Source: Clostridia bacterium (GTDB taxonomy: Bacteria > Bacillota > Clostridia > UMGS1883 > UMGS1540). Taken from it: a stretch of DNA of 64,000 bases. Position 1 is the stretch's first letter. Every line of letters starts with the position of its first letter. Position numbers and translations under genes: made by a program. This document shows positions 37,622 to 46,546 of the stretch, in pieces. Below the pieces are notes generated by a model. The model was not told where the DNA came from. It did not search any database and was given only the letters and a program-made list of their open reading frames with translations. The stretch covers positions 19,186 to 83,185 of the forward strand of contig JAZNQN010000044.1 of the NCBI GenBank assembly GCA_045590195.1, read 5' to 3'.

Positions 37622-38452
37622 TTAGTATTCGTCAGGCAGCTCGTCAAGCTGGTCACACCTGAAAACCGGGCCGTCTTTACATACATATTTAGAACCAATG
37701 TTGCATCTGCCGCATTTACCAACGCCGCACTTCATTTTAAGTTCCATAGTAGTATAAATCTGAGTTTTTTCAAAGCCAAGTTCCTGAAGGCCCTGAAGGG
37801 TAAATTTAATCATAATAGGCGGACCACAGATTATTGCTGTTTTATTCGTGTCAAACCCGAGTTCCTTTACATAGTTTGGAACAAAGCCAACATGGCCATC
37901 CCATCCATCCTGAGGGTTATCAATTGTAAGATGAACATTTATTCCTTCATCCTTACACCATTCGTCGATAATTTCTTTATAATCAACAAGGTCGTCCATA
38001 CTTCTTGAGCCGTAAACTATATCAATTTTACCATAGCGGTCACGATAGTGACGGCAGTAGTTGATAACTGAACGAAGCGGTGCAAGGCCGATACCGCCGG
38101 CAATAAAGAGCATATCTTTGCCTGCAAATTCGGTGTCAACAGGGAAAGGATTTCCGTAAGGGCCACGAATTGTAATTTGCTGGCCTACTTCTGCCTGATG
38201 AAGCCACTCGGTAACGCAGCCGCACTTTTTAATGGAAAACTCCATATATTCAGTATTTGTTGGAGAAGAAGTAATTGAAAACATAGCCTCTCCCACTCCG
38301 GGAATTGAAAGCATTGCGCATTGACCCGGTTTATGGTCGAATGCTTTTTTGCCGTCGGGTGTTAAAACGCGGAAGGTTTTAACATCGGGGGTATCAATTC
38401 TTACATCACAAATTGTACCAATTTTTGGAATCAATGGATCTTGATTATTCAT
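37622..38452 (-). CDS. FAD/NAD(P)H-binding oxidoreductase with C-terminal Cys cluster (PyrK/NfnA/AsrB/sulfhydrogenase-gamma/FlxA-like)
   Basis: FNR-like fold 'FRVLTPDGKK..HKPGQCAML', 'LFIAGGIGLAPLRS' and C-terminal 'CGVGKCGRCN'. ATG (MNNQDP) with GGAGGTG RBS. Confidence 0.7.
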   Translation of the reverse strand: MNNQDPLIPKIGTICDVRIDTPDVKTFRVLTPDGKKAFDHKPGQCAMLSIPGVGEAMFSITSSPTNTEYMEFSIKKCGCVTEWLHQAEVGQQITIRGPYGNPFPVDTEFAGKDMLFIAGGIGLAPLRSVINYCRHYRDRYGKIDIVYGSRSMDDLVDYKEIIDEWCKDEGINVHLTIDNPQDGWDGHVGFVPNYVKELGFDTNKTAIICGPPIMIKFTLQGLQELGFEKTQIYTTMELKMKCGVGKCGRCNIGSKYVCKDGPVFRCDQLDELPDEY

Positions 38453-39461
38453 TGTCTGCACCTCCAAGTTCTTTCATAACCTTTACAATATTCATTGAAA
38501 TAGGACACTTTGAAAGGCATCTGCCACAACCAACACATCCGAATATTCCATCGTTATTTTCAGGGAAGTATACAAGTTTGTGCATAAATCTCTGACGGAA
38601 ACGTTCTTTCTGAGAATTACGGGAGTTGCCGTGAGCCATTTTAGTAAAATCGGAATACATACACGAATCCCAGCAACGAAAACGTTGAACACCATTTCCT
38701 GTGTTAAAATCTTTAATGTCATAGCACTGACAGGTTGGGCATACAAAAGTACAGGTTCCACAGCCAAGGCAGCTTTCAGAAAGTTCTTCCCATTTTGGGC
38801 TTTCAAAATACTTTTCTGTTTTACCTCCACCAAAAGCATCAGTTTTTAAATTTTTAAGTGGAAGTTTTTCAATGTAAGTGCGAATTTTTGCTTTTTCTTC
38901 ATCTGCGGCTACAGTATCGCACTCCTGGCCAATCCCTTCAAGAAGAGCAGTTCCTTTTTCAGTTTTTGCGTCGATATAAACCACATCATCAACAATTGTG
39001 CATTCAACATCTCCACCGGGTGCAGAAGCATCAATACCAAAAGCAGCACAAAAACAAGTTTCTTCAGGGCGCGAGCAAGCAACAGTTATTATAGTTGCTC
39101 CCTCTCTTCTTTTCTGATAGAATGTGTCAACAGGTTCTGAGAGAAAAACTCTGTCAAGAATTTCAAAGCTTTTAAGATCGCAGGCGCGAACACCAAAAAT
39201 CGCAAAATTACCAATATCTTCACGAATATCGATAACTTCTATATTTTTGCCTTCTGTTTTAAAGTGCATCATATTTTCAACCTGAGGAAAGAAAAAGTCT
39301 TTCGCGCTCCTGGTTGTGTTAAGTTTTTTGGAATATTCTATTCCTTCTTCCCATTTTTTAAATGAAGCACCTTCTTTTCCGTCAGCCGGGAGATAAAGTG
39401 GCATTTTATCGGCAACGGCCTTGAAAAAATCGCAAATGTTAATTTTACGCATTTTCGCCAT
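38445..39461 (-). CDS. 4Fe-4S cluster protein (AsrA / sulfhydrogenase-beta / FlxB/C-like)
   Basis: 'CLGCGTCTFVCPTCQCYD' and 'CVGCGRCLSKCP' ferredoxin motifs; ~338 aa as in AsrA. Confidence 0.65.
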   Translation of the reverse strand: MAKMRKINICDFFKAVADKMPLYLPADGKEGASFKKWEEGIEYSKKLNTTRSAKDFFFPQVENMMHFKTEGKNIEVIDIREDIGNFAIFGVRACDLKSFEILDRVFLSEPVDTFYQKRREGATIITVACSRPEETCFCAAFGIDASAPGGDVECTIVDDVVYIDAKTEKGTALLEGIGQECDTVAADEEKAKIRTYIEKLPLKNLKTDAFGGGKTEKYFESPKWEELSESCLGCGTCTFVCPTCQCYDIKDFNTGNGVQRFRCWDSCMYSDFTKMAHGNSRNSQKERFRQRFMHKLVYFPENNDGIFGCVGCGRCLSKCPISMNIVKVMKELGGADNE

Positions 39462-40437
39462 CTCCTTTCTCCACAGCCTCGGAAGGCTCTAAATCTTCTG
39501 TAGTGTAGTTTACAAGCGGAGCACGAAGGCCTACTTCTTCCCCTGCCTGATACTCACCATAGAAAGAGTTTATATCTTTTATAAACTTACGGTTTAAAAG
39601 ATGAAGTGGAATGTTTTGCGGACAAACTCTTGAACATTCGCCGCAATCTGTACATCTTCCGGCAACGTGAAAAGCTCTTATAATGTGAAACATTTTTTCT
39701 TCAAAGCTATCTGCTGCGGCTTTGTTTTCCACGCCTGATTTAGGATTGCCAAATACGCACTGTTCACAAGTACAAGCGGGACAGACATCGCGGCAGGCAT
39801 TACATCTTATACATCTTGAAAGCTCGCCCTGCCAGAAAGCAAATCTTTCATCGGCAGACATTTTTTCAAGGCGCTTAACTTCATCAAAGCGGTTAGAATC
39901 AATAATTTCGCCTTCGTCGCCAATAAGTTCATCGTATGCAACATGCTTGCGGCTTTTGCAAGAGATGCATCTTTCAGCTAAAACATCAGCTTTATTAAAT
40001 ACTTTTTCATCGCCATAAATTGATTTTACCAAAATTTCATCGCCGTTTTCCAAAATTTCAGAAACAGCAGAAATTTCAGCTTTAATTTTTGAAACATCAG
40101 TCATTCCATCGCAGGGAATTCCAACGGCATAAACTTTTTCGCGGTCTATGCGGTGTTCAGTTAAAAGCTGATTAAAACTGTATGTGTCACATGGTTTCAA
40201 GAAAACCAGCACTTTTCCATCTTTCTGGCATTCTTTTACTAGATATTTTGAAAAGTTTGCACCACAAAAAGCATTGTAAACAAAATCTTTTTTAAGAGAT
40301 TCGGCATCTTTAAACACACCGGGGGTTACATCGTATGAAAACTCGCCCTCTTTCCAGCCTAAAACTCTGTCAACCTTTCCGCTTTCAAGGAGGTTTAATG
40401 CTTTATCTATAAGAATATCACGATTTATTGTTTGCAT
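39445..40437 (-). CDS. FrhB/FdhB-like flavoprotein (coenzyme F420 hydrogenase/dehydrogenase beta-subunit family) with 4Fe-4S motifs
   Basis: N-terminal FrhB_FdhB_N-like region and C-terminal 'CIRCNACRDVCPACTCEQC' / 'CTDCGECSRVCP' clusters. Confidence 0.55.
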   Translation of the reverse strand: MQTINRDILIDKALNLLESGKVDRVLGWKEGEFSYDVTPGVFKDAESLKKDFVYNAFCGANFSKYLVKECQKDGKVLVFLKPCDTYSFNQLLTEHRIDREKVYAVGIPCDGMTDVSKIKAEISAVSEILENGDEILVKSIYGDEKVFNKADVLAERCISCKSRKHVAYDELIGDEGEIIDSNRFDEVKRLEKMSADERFAFWQGELSRCIRCNACRDVCPACTCEQCVFGNPKSGVENKAAADSFEEKMFHIIRAFHVAGRCTDCGECSRVCPQNIPLHLLNRKFIKDINSFYGEYQAGEEVGLRAPLVNYTTEDLEPSEAVEKGDGENA

Positions 40438-40859
40438 CTTAAATCCTCCAATCTTTTGTTTTCGCCAAGAGCAGCAACTGCTTCGGCAAATTCATTCATT
40501 GTTTGCGCAAATTTTGCGCCTTCAGCCGCAGAAACCCATTCAACACGGGTTCTTTCTTTTTCAATACCGAGAAAATCGAGCATTGAGAAAAGAAGCGACA
40601 TTCTTCTTCTTGTATAGTAGTTACCAGAAGTATAATGGCAGTCGCCAGGGTGGCAACCACAGATTATAACCCCGTCTGCTCCACGCTGAAATGCTCTTAA
40701 AATAAACATTGGGTTTACCCTACAAGAGCATGGAACACGAATTATTTTAACTTCGGCAGGGTAACTGAGTCGGTTATTACCTGCAAGGTCGGCACCGGCA
40801 TAAGAACACCAGTTACAGCAAAATGCCACTATTAAAGGTTTTTTCTCTTCTATTTGCAT
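40425..40859 (-). CDS. mvhD: MvhD/FlpD-family hydrogenase iron-sulfur subunit (FlxD-like)
   Basis: 'IVAFCCNWCSYAGADLAG...IIRVPCSCRVNP...GADGVIICGCHPGDCHYTSGN' matches the MvhD Cys pattern. Confidence 0.8.
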   Translation of the reverse strand: MQIEEKKPLIVAFCCNWCSYAGADLAGNNRLSYPAEVKIIRVPCSCRVNPMFILRAFQRGADGVIICGCHPGDCHYTSGNYYTRRRMSLLFSMLDFLGIEKERTRVEWVSAAEGAKFAQTMNEFAEAVAALGENKRLEDLRCKQ

Positions 40860-42844
40860 ATTGCATCCACCTCCGCTAAAATTTGTGCATTTTTAAAGCC
40901 TTTTAAATCCATTGCACCTGATGGACAGGCAACTGTACAAGCACCGCAGCCCTGACAAACAGCTTCATTAACCTGAGCTACGCGGCGCATTTTTGTTGTT
41001 CTGTTTGGCATACGGAACTCTTTAACTACATAAGTTATTGCACCATATGGGCAAACTCTTTCGCAACTACTGCATCCGTTACACATCATTTCGTCTGATG
41101 CGGCAATACAAGGATTACCAAGAAGTTTATCTTTGCATAAAAGGCCGATAACCTTTGAAGCCGCCGCTCCCGCCTGGGAAACAGTTTCAGGAATATCTTT
41201 CGGGCCTTGACAAGCACCTGACAAAAATACGCCTGCGGTTGGGCTTTCAACCGGACGAAGCTTTGGATGAGCCTCGGTAAAGAAATCGTTTGTATCCATA
41301 CTTGCAGTGAGCATTGTTGCAAGAGGACGAGCTGATTTATCAGGCTCGATTGCGGCTGCTAAAACAACCAAATCTGCATCAATGTTAATCTGTTTATTTG
41401 AAATTAAATCGCTTGCACGCACTTTAAGCTTATCGCCTTCAGGCATAATTTTGCCAACCATACCTTTAATGTAGTGAACACCAAATTCCTCGGTTGCTCT
41501 TCTGTAAAATTCGTCAAAGTTTTTACCGGGAGTTCTGACATCGATGTAGAATACTGTTACGTCAGTATCCGGATATTTATCACGAGTGAGCATTGCGTGT
41601 TTCGCTGTGTACATACAACAAATTTTAGAACAGTATTCCTTACCTTTTTCATTGCATGCATCGCATCTTGAACCTACGCACTGAACGAAAACGATTTTTT
41701 CAGGATGTTTTCCGTCTGAAGGGCGTAAGAGTTTACCTGCTGTTGGGCCTGCCGCATTGGTAAGACGCTCAAATTCGAGAGAAGTTATAACATCTTTCGA
41801 CTGGTTATAAGCATACTCATCAAATTTTTCCATACTGATAGGATTAAAGCCTGTTGCAACAACAATTGCACCATATTTTTCTTCTATAATTTCATCCTGT
41901 TGCTTATAATTGATAGCTCCTGCTGCACAAACCTTTTCACAAAGGCCGCACTTGCCATTTTTAAGCATATTACAGTAATCAGCATCAATTGTTGCAACCT
42001 TTGGAACTGCCTGAGCAAAAGGAATATAAACCGCTCTTCTCATATCCATTCCAAGGTTAAATTCATTAGGAACTTTCTTTTGAGGACATTTTTCTGTACA
42101 AAGGCCGCAACCTGTACATTTAGTTTCGTCAACAAATCTTGCTTTTTTCTTAATTTTTACATCAAAATTTCCTACAAAACCGGAAACTGCTTCAACTTCG
42201 CTATAGGAAAAAATTCTTATTTTATCGTTCTGTGCAACATCAACCATTTTTGGAGTTAAAATACAAGCCGCACAGTCAAGTGTTGGGAAGGTTTTATCAA
42301 TCTGCGCCATCTTGCCGCCGATTGTAGGATTTTTTTCAACTATATCTACCGGGAAACCTGCATCGGCAATATCAAGAGCTGTTTGAATACCTGCAATACC
42401 GCCACCGATAACCAAAGCACGCTTTGTAACAGGGCTTTCGCCAGGTGTAAGCGGAGCGTTAAGGTTAACCTTTGCAACAGCCGCTTTGCCCAAAATAATT
42501 GCTTTTTCAGTTCCTGTAGGGATATCTTTATGAACCCATGAGCACTGCTCACGAATGTTTGCAATTTCAACCATATAAGGGTTAATCCCTGCACTTTCAG
42601 CGGTTTTTCTGAAAGTATTCTCGTGCATACGGGGTGAACAGGAACAAATAACTATACCGGTAAGATTATGCTCTTTAATAGCATCTTTAATCATTTCCTG
42701 TCCCGCTTGGGAACACATATACTGATAGTTAGTGGAGAAAACAACACCAGGCTCTTTTTTCAAGGCTTCGCTAACTGCTTCAACATCAACAGTTGCCGCA
42801 ATATTGCTTCCGCACCAACATACGAATACACCAATTCTTTGCAT
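40850..42844 (-). CDS. hdrA: Heterodisulfide reductase subunit A (HdrA-like FAD/Fe-S flavoprotein)
   Basis: N-terminal 'CWCGSN' cluster, Rossmann 'ALVIGGGIAGIQTALDIA', inserted ferredoxin domain, 'CVGSRCDACNEKGKEYCSKICC' motif, C-terminal 4Fe-4S motifs. Confidence 0.85.
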   Translation of the reverse strand: MQRIGVFVCWCGSNIAATVDVEAVSEALKKEPGVVFSTNYQYMCSQAGQEMIKDAIKEHNLTGIVICSCSPRMHENTFRKTAESAGINPYMVEIANIREQCSWVHKDIPTGTEKAIILGKAAVAKVNLNAPLTPGESPVTKRALVIGGGIAGIQTALDIADAGFPVDIVEKNPTIGGKMAQIDKTFPTLDCAACILTPKMVDVAQNDKIRIFSYSEVEAVSGFVGNFDVKIKKKARFVDETKCTGCGLCTEKCPQKKVPNEFNLGMDMRRAVYIPFAQAVPKVATIDADYCNMLKNGKCGLCEKVCAAGAINYKQQDEIIEEKYGAIVVATGFNPISMEKFDEYAYNQSKDVITSLEFERLTNAAGPTAGKLLRPSDGKHPEKIVFVQCVGSRCDACNEKGKEYCSKICCMYTAKHAMLTRDKYPDTDVTVFYIDVRTPGKNFDEFYRRATEEFGVHYIKGMVGKIMPEGDKLKVRASDLISNKQINIDADLVVLAAAIEPDKSARPLATMLTASMDTNDFFTEAHPKLRPVESPTAGVFLSGACQGPKDIPETVSQAGAAASKVIGLLCKDKLLGNPCIAASDEMMCNGCSSCERVCPYGAITYVVKEFRMPNRTTKMRRVAQVNEAVCQGCGACTVACPSGAMDLKGFKNAQILAEVDAICK

Positions 42845-42858
42845 TTGCTTTCTCCTTT

Positions 42859-43251
42859 CTATTTACTATATTTTCTCATTGCACTTACAATTGCCTGTTG
42901 TGGCAACTGTTCATCTAAAAGTGAAGGTATTGCATCAGCTTTAAGATGATTTTCGCCCTGCTGACGTACTTTTAAAAGCCTTACTGCTTCAATAAGTTTT
43001 GCCGGCTCTACGCCTCTGGGACAACGCTCAACACAGGCAAAACAAGAAAGACATTTGAAAATTGAAGGCGACTCCATAAGTTTATCAACATCACCGTTTT
43101 CAACCATATAAACAAACTGATGAGGATGATATTCCATTTCATCATAAGAAGGACATGTACCTGTGCATTTGCCGCATTTCATACATTTTTTAGGATTAAC
43201 ACCGCTGATGCGCAAAATTTCGTTTGAAAGCTCTGTTTTATTCATTTGCAC
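42859..43251 (-). CDS. hdrC: Heterodisulfide reductase subunit C (HdrC, 2x[4Fe-4S])
   Basis: 'CMKCGKCTGTCP' and 'CLSCFACVERCP'. Confidence 0.8.
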   Translation of the reverse strand: MQMNKTELSNEILRISGVNPKKCMKCGKCTGTCPSYDEMEYHPHQFVYMVENGDVDKLMESPSIFKCLSCFACVERCPRGVEPAKLIEAVRLLKVRQQGENHLKADAIPSLLDEQLPQQAIVSAMRKYSK

Positions 43252-44032
43252 AGCCCTCCTTTACGCCAAGCGCCTGTGCTAAAAGCTCGGTAAAATATTT
43301 AATTTCTATACCGTCGGCGTGTTTTTCAAGATTATATTTGCAAAGTGGGCAAGCTGTTACTATCATATCTGCACCCATTTTTTTGGCACTTTCCAAAATA
43401 GCAATACTCTTCTTCTTTGCACTTTCACTATCTTCAAGAGCTATATATCCGCCGCAGCATTCGTTTCTGTATGGCGAAACTATTGCTTCCGCACCCATAG
43501 CTTTTACAAGATTTTCAAGAATCTGCGGATTTTCGCTGTCGTCCATCTGCATAACTTTACCAGGACGAAGCAAAAGACAACCATAATATGGAGCAATTTT
43601 TTTACCCTCAAGAGGATTTGTAACTTTTTTGGCAATTTCTTCAAAGCCAATTTCATCTCTCAAAAGCTCAAGATAATGAATAACCTCTGCATCTCCCTCA
43701 TAAGGCGTATCAAGATTCATATAGTTATTTGCTTTAAAAGCAAAATCGCTATCGTTATTAAACTGATAATTTGTTTGTTTTATTACATTATGGCAGGCAG
43801 CACAAACTGTTACAAGCTTCTGACCTTTTTCTTTTGCCTCTACAAGGGCACGAATTGAGGAAAGCTTTGTTGCAATTTCATCCTTCGAAGTTGTAAAAAC
43901 TCCGCCGCAGCACTGCCAGTTATTTATTTCTTCCAGATTAACCCCTAATGCCGCCGCACTTTCTCTTGCGTATTTATCAAGTTCTTTTGCTTTGGTTTTA
44001 AGAGTACAACCGGGATAATATGAAAAATTCAT
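43238..44032 (-). CDS. hdrB: Heterodisulfide reductase subunit B (HdrB, two CCG domains)
   Basis: 'YYPGCTL', 'CCGG' and 'CAACHN' in repeat 1; 'YYGCLL', 'CCGG' and 'CPLCKYN' in repeat 2. ATG (MNFSYY) with AGGGAG RBS. Confidence 0.8.
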   Translation of the reverse strand: MNFSYYPGCTLKTKAKELDKYARESAAALGVNLEEINNWQCCGGVFTTSKDEIATKLSSIRALVEAKEKGQKLVTVCAACHNVIKQTNYQFNNDSDFAFKANNYMNLDTPYEGDAEVIHYLELLRDEIGFEEIAKKVTNPLEGKKIAPYYGCLLLRPGKVMQMDDSENPQILENLVKAMGAEAIVSPYRNECCGGYIALEDSESAKKKSIAILESAKKMGADMIVTACPLCKYNLEKHADGIEIKYFTELLAQALGVKEGCANE

Positions 44033-44054
44033 ACCTAAACTCCCTTCTGCAAAA

Positions 44055-45431
44055 TTATACCATCTGTTCAGGATGGAACACTTCGTCAAATTTTTCTTCG
44101 GTTAAAAAGCCAAGCTCGATACAAGCCTCTTTAAGAGAAATATTGTCTTTATAAGCTTTTTTAGCTGTTTTAGCCGCATTTTCATAACCGATATAAGGGT
44201 TAAGCGCAGTAACAAGCATAAGTGAATTATGAAGATTATGATGCATTTTTTCGCGGTTTGCCTTAATGCCTACTGCACAGTTTTTGTTAAATGAAACAAT
44301 GGCTTCTGCCATAAGACGTGCCGACTGCAAAAAGTTATATATGCATACAGGCATAAATACATTAAGTTCAAAGTTACCCTGTGAAGCTGCCATAGAAACA
44401 GCAACATCATTACCCATTACCTGAACGGCAACCATTGTTACCGCTTCACACTGAGTTGGGTTAACTTTACCCGGCATAATTGATGAGCCCGGTTCATTTT
44501 CAGGGATGAAAATTTCTCCAAGGCCATCACGAGGACCGCTTGCAAGCCAACGGATATCGTTTGCTATTTTCATCATATCGCAGGCAAGGGCTTTAATTGC
44601 ACCATGTGCAAAAACAAGCTCGTCTTTTGAAGTTAATGCGTGAAATTTATTCTCAGCAGTTACAAATGGTTTTCCTGTTATTTTCGAAACCTCTGCCGCA
44701 ACGCCTTCTGAAAAACCTTTTGGAGCATTAAGTCCTGTTCCAACTGCAGTTCCGCCAAGTGCAAGTTCACAAAGCGGCTTTACGCTTTGCTTCAAAAGCT
44801 CTACATCTTTCTGGAGGCTTGATCTCCAGCCGCTGATTTCCTGGCTGAATTTTATTGGAGTTGCATCCTGAAGATGTGTTCTTCCGCTTTTTACTATATC
44901 TTCGTTTTCTTTTTCAAGGCGTGAAAAAGTATCGATAAGAGTTTGGACAGCAGGAATAAGTTTATCTTCTATCATCAAAACTGCGGAAATATGCATAGCT
45001 GTAGGGAAAGTATCGTTTGACGACTGGCTCATATTAACATCATCATTAGGATGAAGAATACTTTTGCCCGCAATCTGATTTCCACGGTTTGCAATTACTT
45101 CGTTTGCATTCATATTCGACTGAGTGCCGGAGCCCGTTTGCCATACAACAAGAGGAAAATGGCTATTAAGCTTGCCGCTTATAACCTCATCGCAAGCACT
45201 GGAAATTGCCGAAAGTTTTTCTTCAGTCATTTTTTCGGGTTTCAAAGCGTGATTTGCGATTGCTGCAGCTTTTTTCAAAATGCCGAATGCATGTGTAATT
45301 TCACGTGGCATTGTTTCAATATTTACACCGATTTCAAAATTTTCGTGACTTCTCTGGGTTTGAGCCGCCCACAACCTGTCGGCAGGAACTTTAACCTCTC
45401 CCATCGAGTCGTGTTCAATACGATAATCCAT
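44055..45431 (-). CDS. fumC: Fumarate hydratase class II
   Basis: '[15 protein letters not shown]', '[12 protein letters not shown]', '[16 protein letters not shown]' fumarase/aspartase signature. The AQTQRS and SSNDTFPT variants favour FumC over AspA. Confidence 0.8.
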   Translation of the reverse strand: MDYRIEHDSMGEVKVPADRLWAAQTQRSHENFEIGVNIETMPREITHAFGILKKAAAIANHALKPEKMTEEKLSAISSACDEVISGKLNSHFPLVVWQTGSGTQSNMNANEVIANRGNQIAGKSILHPNDDVNMSQSSNDTFPTAMHISAVLMIEDKLIPAVQTLIDTFSRLEKENEDIVKSGRTHLQDATPIKFSQEISGWRSSLQKDVELLKQSVKPLCELALGGTAVGTGLNAPKGFSEGVAAEVSKITGKPFVTAENKFHALTSKDELVFAHGAIKALACDMMKIANDIRWLASGPRDGLGEIFIPENEPGSSIMPGKVNPTQCEAVTMVAVQVMGNDVAVSMAASQGNFELNVFMPVCIYNFLQSARLMAEAIVSFNKNCAVGIKANREKMHHNLHNSLMLVTALNPYIGYENAAKTAKKAYKDNISLKEACIELGFLTEEKFDEVFHPEQMV

Positions 45432-45449
45432 AACTACTCCTCTTTTCTT

Positions 45450-46406
45450 TTATATATCCATTTGTTTTATAAGTGATTTCAAAGTATCTGCGCTATGGTG
45501 AAGTGCGCGAACCTCTTCATCATTAAGAGGCAAAAGCATTTTTCCACAAGCGCCCTTGTTGTCAACAACATTGAGAAGGCTCAAAGAAACATCATCTATT
45601 CCATATTCGCCGTGAAGCATTGTTGAAACAGTCATAGTAGTATTTATACCGCCGAGAATACATTTACAAATGTGGCAAACAGATACTGAAACAGCGTAGA
45701 ATGTTGCACCTTTTCTTTCAATAACTCTTCCGCCTGATTTGCGAACATAATCCTCAACTTCATCAAAGTCTATACTTGGCAGCTTAAAGCCTTTCTGAGA
45801 AAAATCGCCTACTACCGAAGACTGACCTTCCTGAATAGGAATGTTAGATACATTTGCAATTGACCACGGAACAAAAGAAGAATCACCATGTTCACCAAGA
45901 ACATAGGCGTGAACATTTTTCTGGTTGATTGAGTAATACTCCGAAAGCCTTGCACGAAGGCGGGCGGTATCAAGAATAGTTCCCGAACCTATAATCTGAT
46001 TTTCAGGAAGCCCTGAACATTTAAAGAATGTGTAAGTTAAAATGTCAACAGGATTGCTCACTATAAGGTAAACTGCATTTGGTGCATAGCGAACAATTTC
46101 AGGAATAATCTGTTTAGTAATATTAACATTTGTCTGAGCAAGGTCAAGCCTTGACTGACCTGGCTTTCTTGCAATACCTGAAGTTACTATTACTATATTT
46201 GAGCCTACTGCATCCTGATATGAACCTGCGTAAACTGTTGCTGATGAGCAAAACGGTGTTCCCTGGCGAATGTCAAGTGCTTCGCCAAGTGCTTTTTCCT
46301 GATTAATATCAATAAGCACAATTTCAGATGCCAGCCCCATAACAGTTAAAGTATACGCAATTGTTGAGCCAACACTACCTGTTCCTATTATTGTAATTTT
46401 GTTCAT
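45450..46406 (-). CDS. mdh: Malate dehydrogenase (LDH-like MDH family)
   Basis: 'ITIIGTGSVGS' Rossmann and 'GSGTILDTARLR'. Specificity motif 'GIARKPGQSRLDL' has Arg at the Gln/Arg discriminator, as in MDH. Confidence 0.65.
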   Translation of the reverse strand: MNKITIIGTGSVGSTIAYTLTVMGLASEIVLIDINQEKALGEALDIRQGTPFCSSATVYAGSYQDAVGSNIVIVTSGIARKPGQSRLDLAQTNVNITKQIIPEIVRYAPNAVYLIVSNPVDILTYTFFKCSGLPENQIIGSGTILDTARLRARLSEYYSINQKNVHAYVLGEHGDSSFVPWSIANVSNIPIQEGQSSVVGDFSQKGFKLPSIDFDEVEDYVRKSGGRVIERKGATFYAVSVSVCHICKCILGGINTTMTVSTMLHGEYGIDDVSLSLLNVVDNKGACGKMLLPLNDEEVRALHHSADTLKSLIKQMDI

Positions 46407-46447
46407 GGTATTCTTCCTTTCGTGTATGAAATATCGTTACAACCTCA

Positions 46448-46476
46448 ATTGTAGCACACATTTAAATTAAAATCAA
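46448..46476 (-). promoter_or_regulatory. Sigma-A-type promoter (TTGATT-17-TACAAT) for the mdh-fumC-hdr-flx-frd operon
   Basis: Minus strand reads TTGATTttaatttaaatgtgtgcTACAAT about 40 nt upstream of the mdh RBS (GGAAGA). Confidence 0.45.
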
Positions 46477-46482
46477 TAGAAA

Positions 46483-46500
46483 TTGATAATTTTTTAACAA
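46483..46500. promoter_or_regulatory. Rex-like operator (TTGTTAA-aaaa-TTATCAA on minus strand; 13/14 match to the Clostridial consensus TTGTTAAnnnnTTAACAA)
   Basis: Read directly; lies immediately upstream of the -35 of the mdh operon promoter. Confidence 0.45.
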
Positions 46501-46508
46501 TCTTTTTT

Positions 46509-46545
46509 AAAAAGCTAACTCTATATTTAAATATAGAGTTTTAGC
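46509..46545 (-). terminator. AT-rich perfect palindrome AACTCTATATTT/AAATATAGAGTT followed by a T-run: terminator of the upstream hydrogenase operon
   Basis: 24-bp perfect inverted repeat at 46517-46540 followed by agcttttt on the minus strand. Confidence 0.5.
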
Positions 46546-46546
46546 A

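Noticed and set aside
37622-39461. Anaerobic sulfite reductase asrAB
   Set aside because: The proteins match the AsrA/AsrB folds, but no asrC (siroheme catalytic subunit) is present. The context (hdrABC, mvhD) fits an Flx/sulfhydrogenase-type NAD(P)H electron-input module instead.
44055-45431. Alternative call as aspartate ammonia-lyase (aspA)
   Set aside because: The N-terminal WAAQTQRS and SSNDTFPT variants match class II fumarase better than aspartase. Only an assay would settle it.
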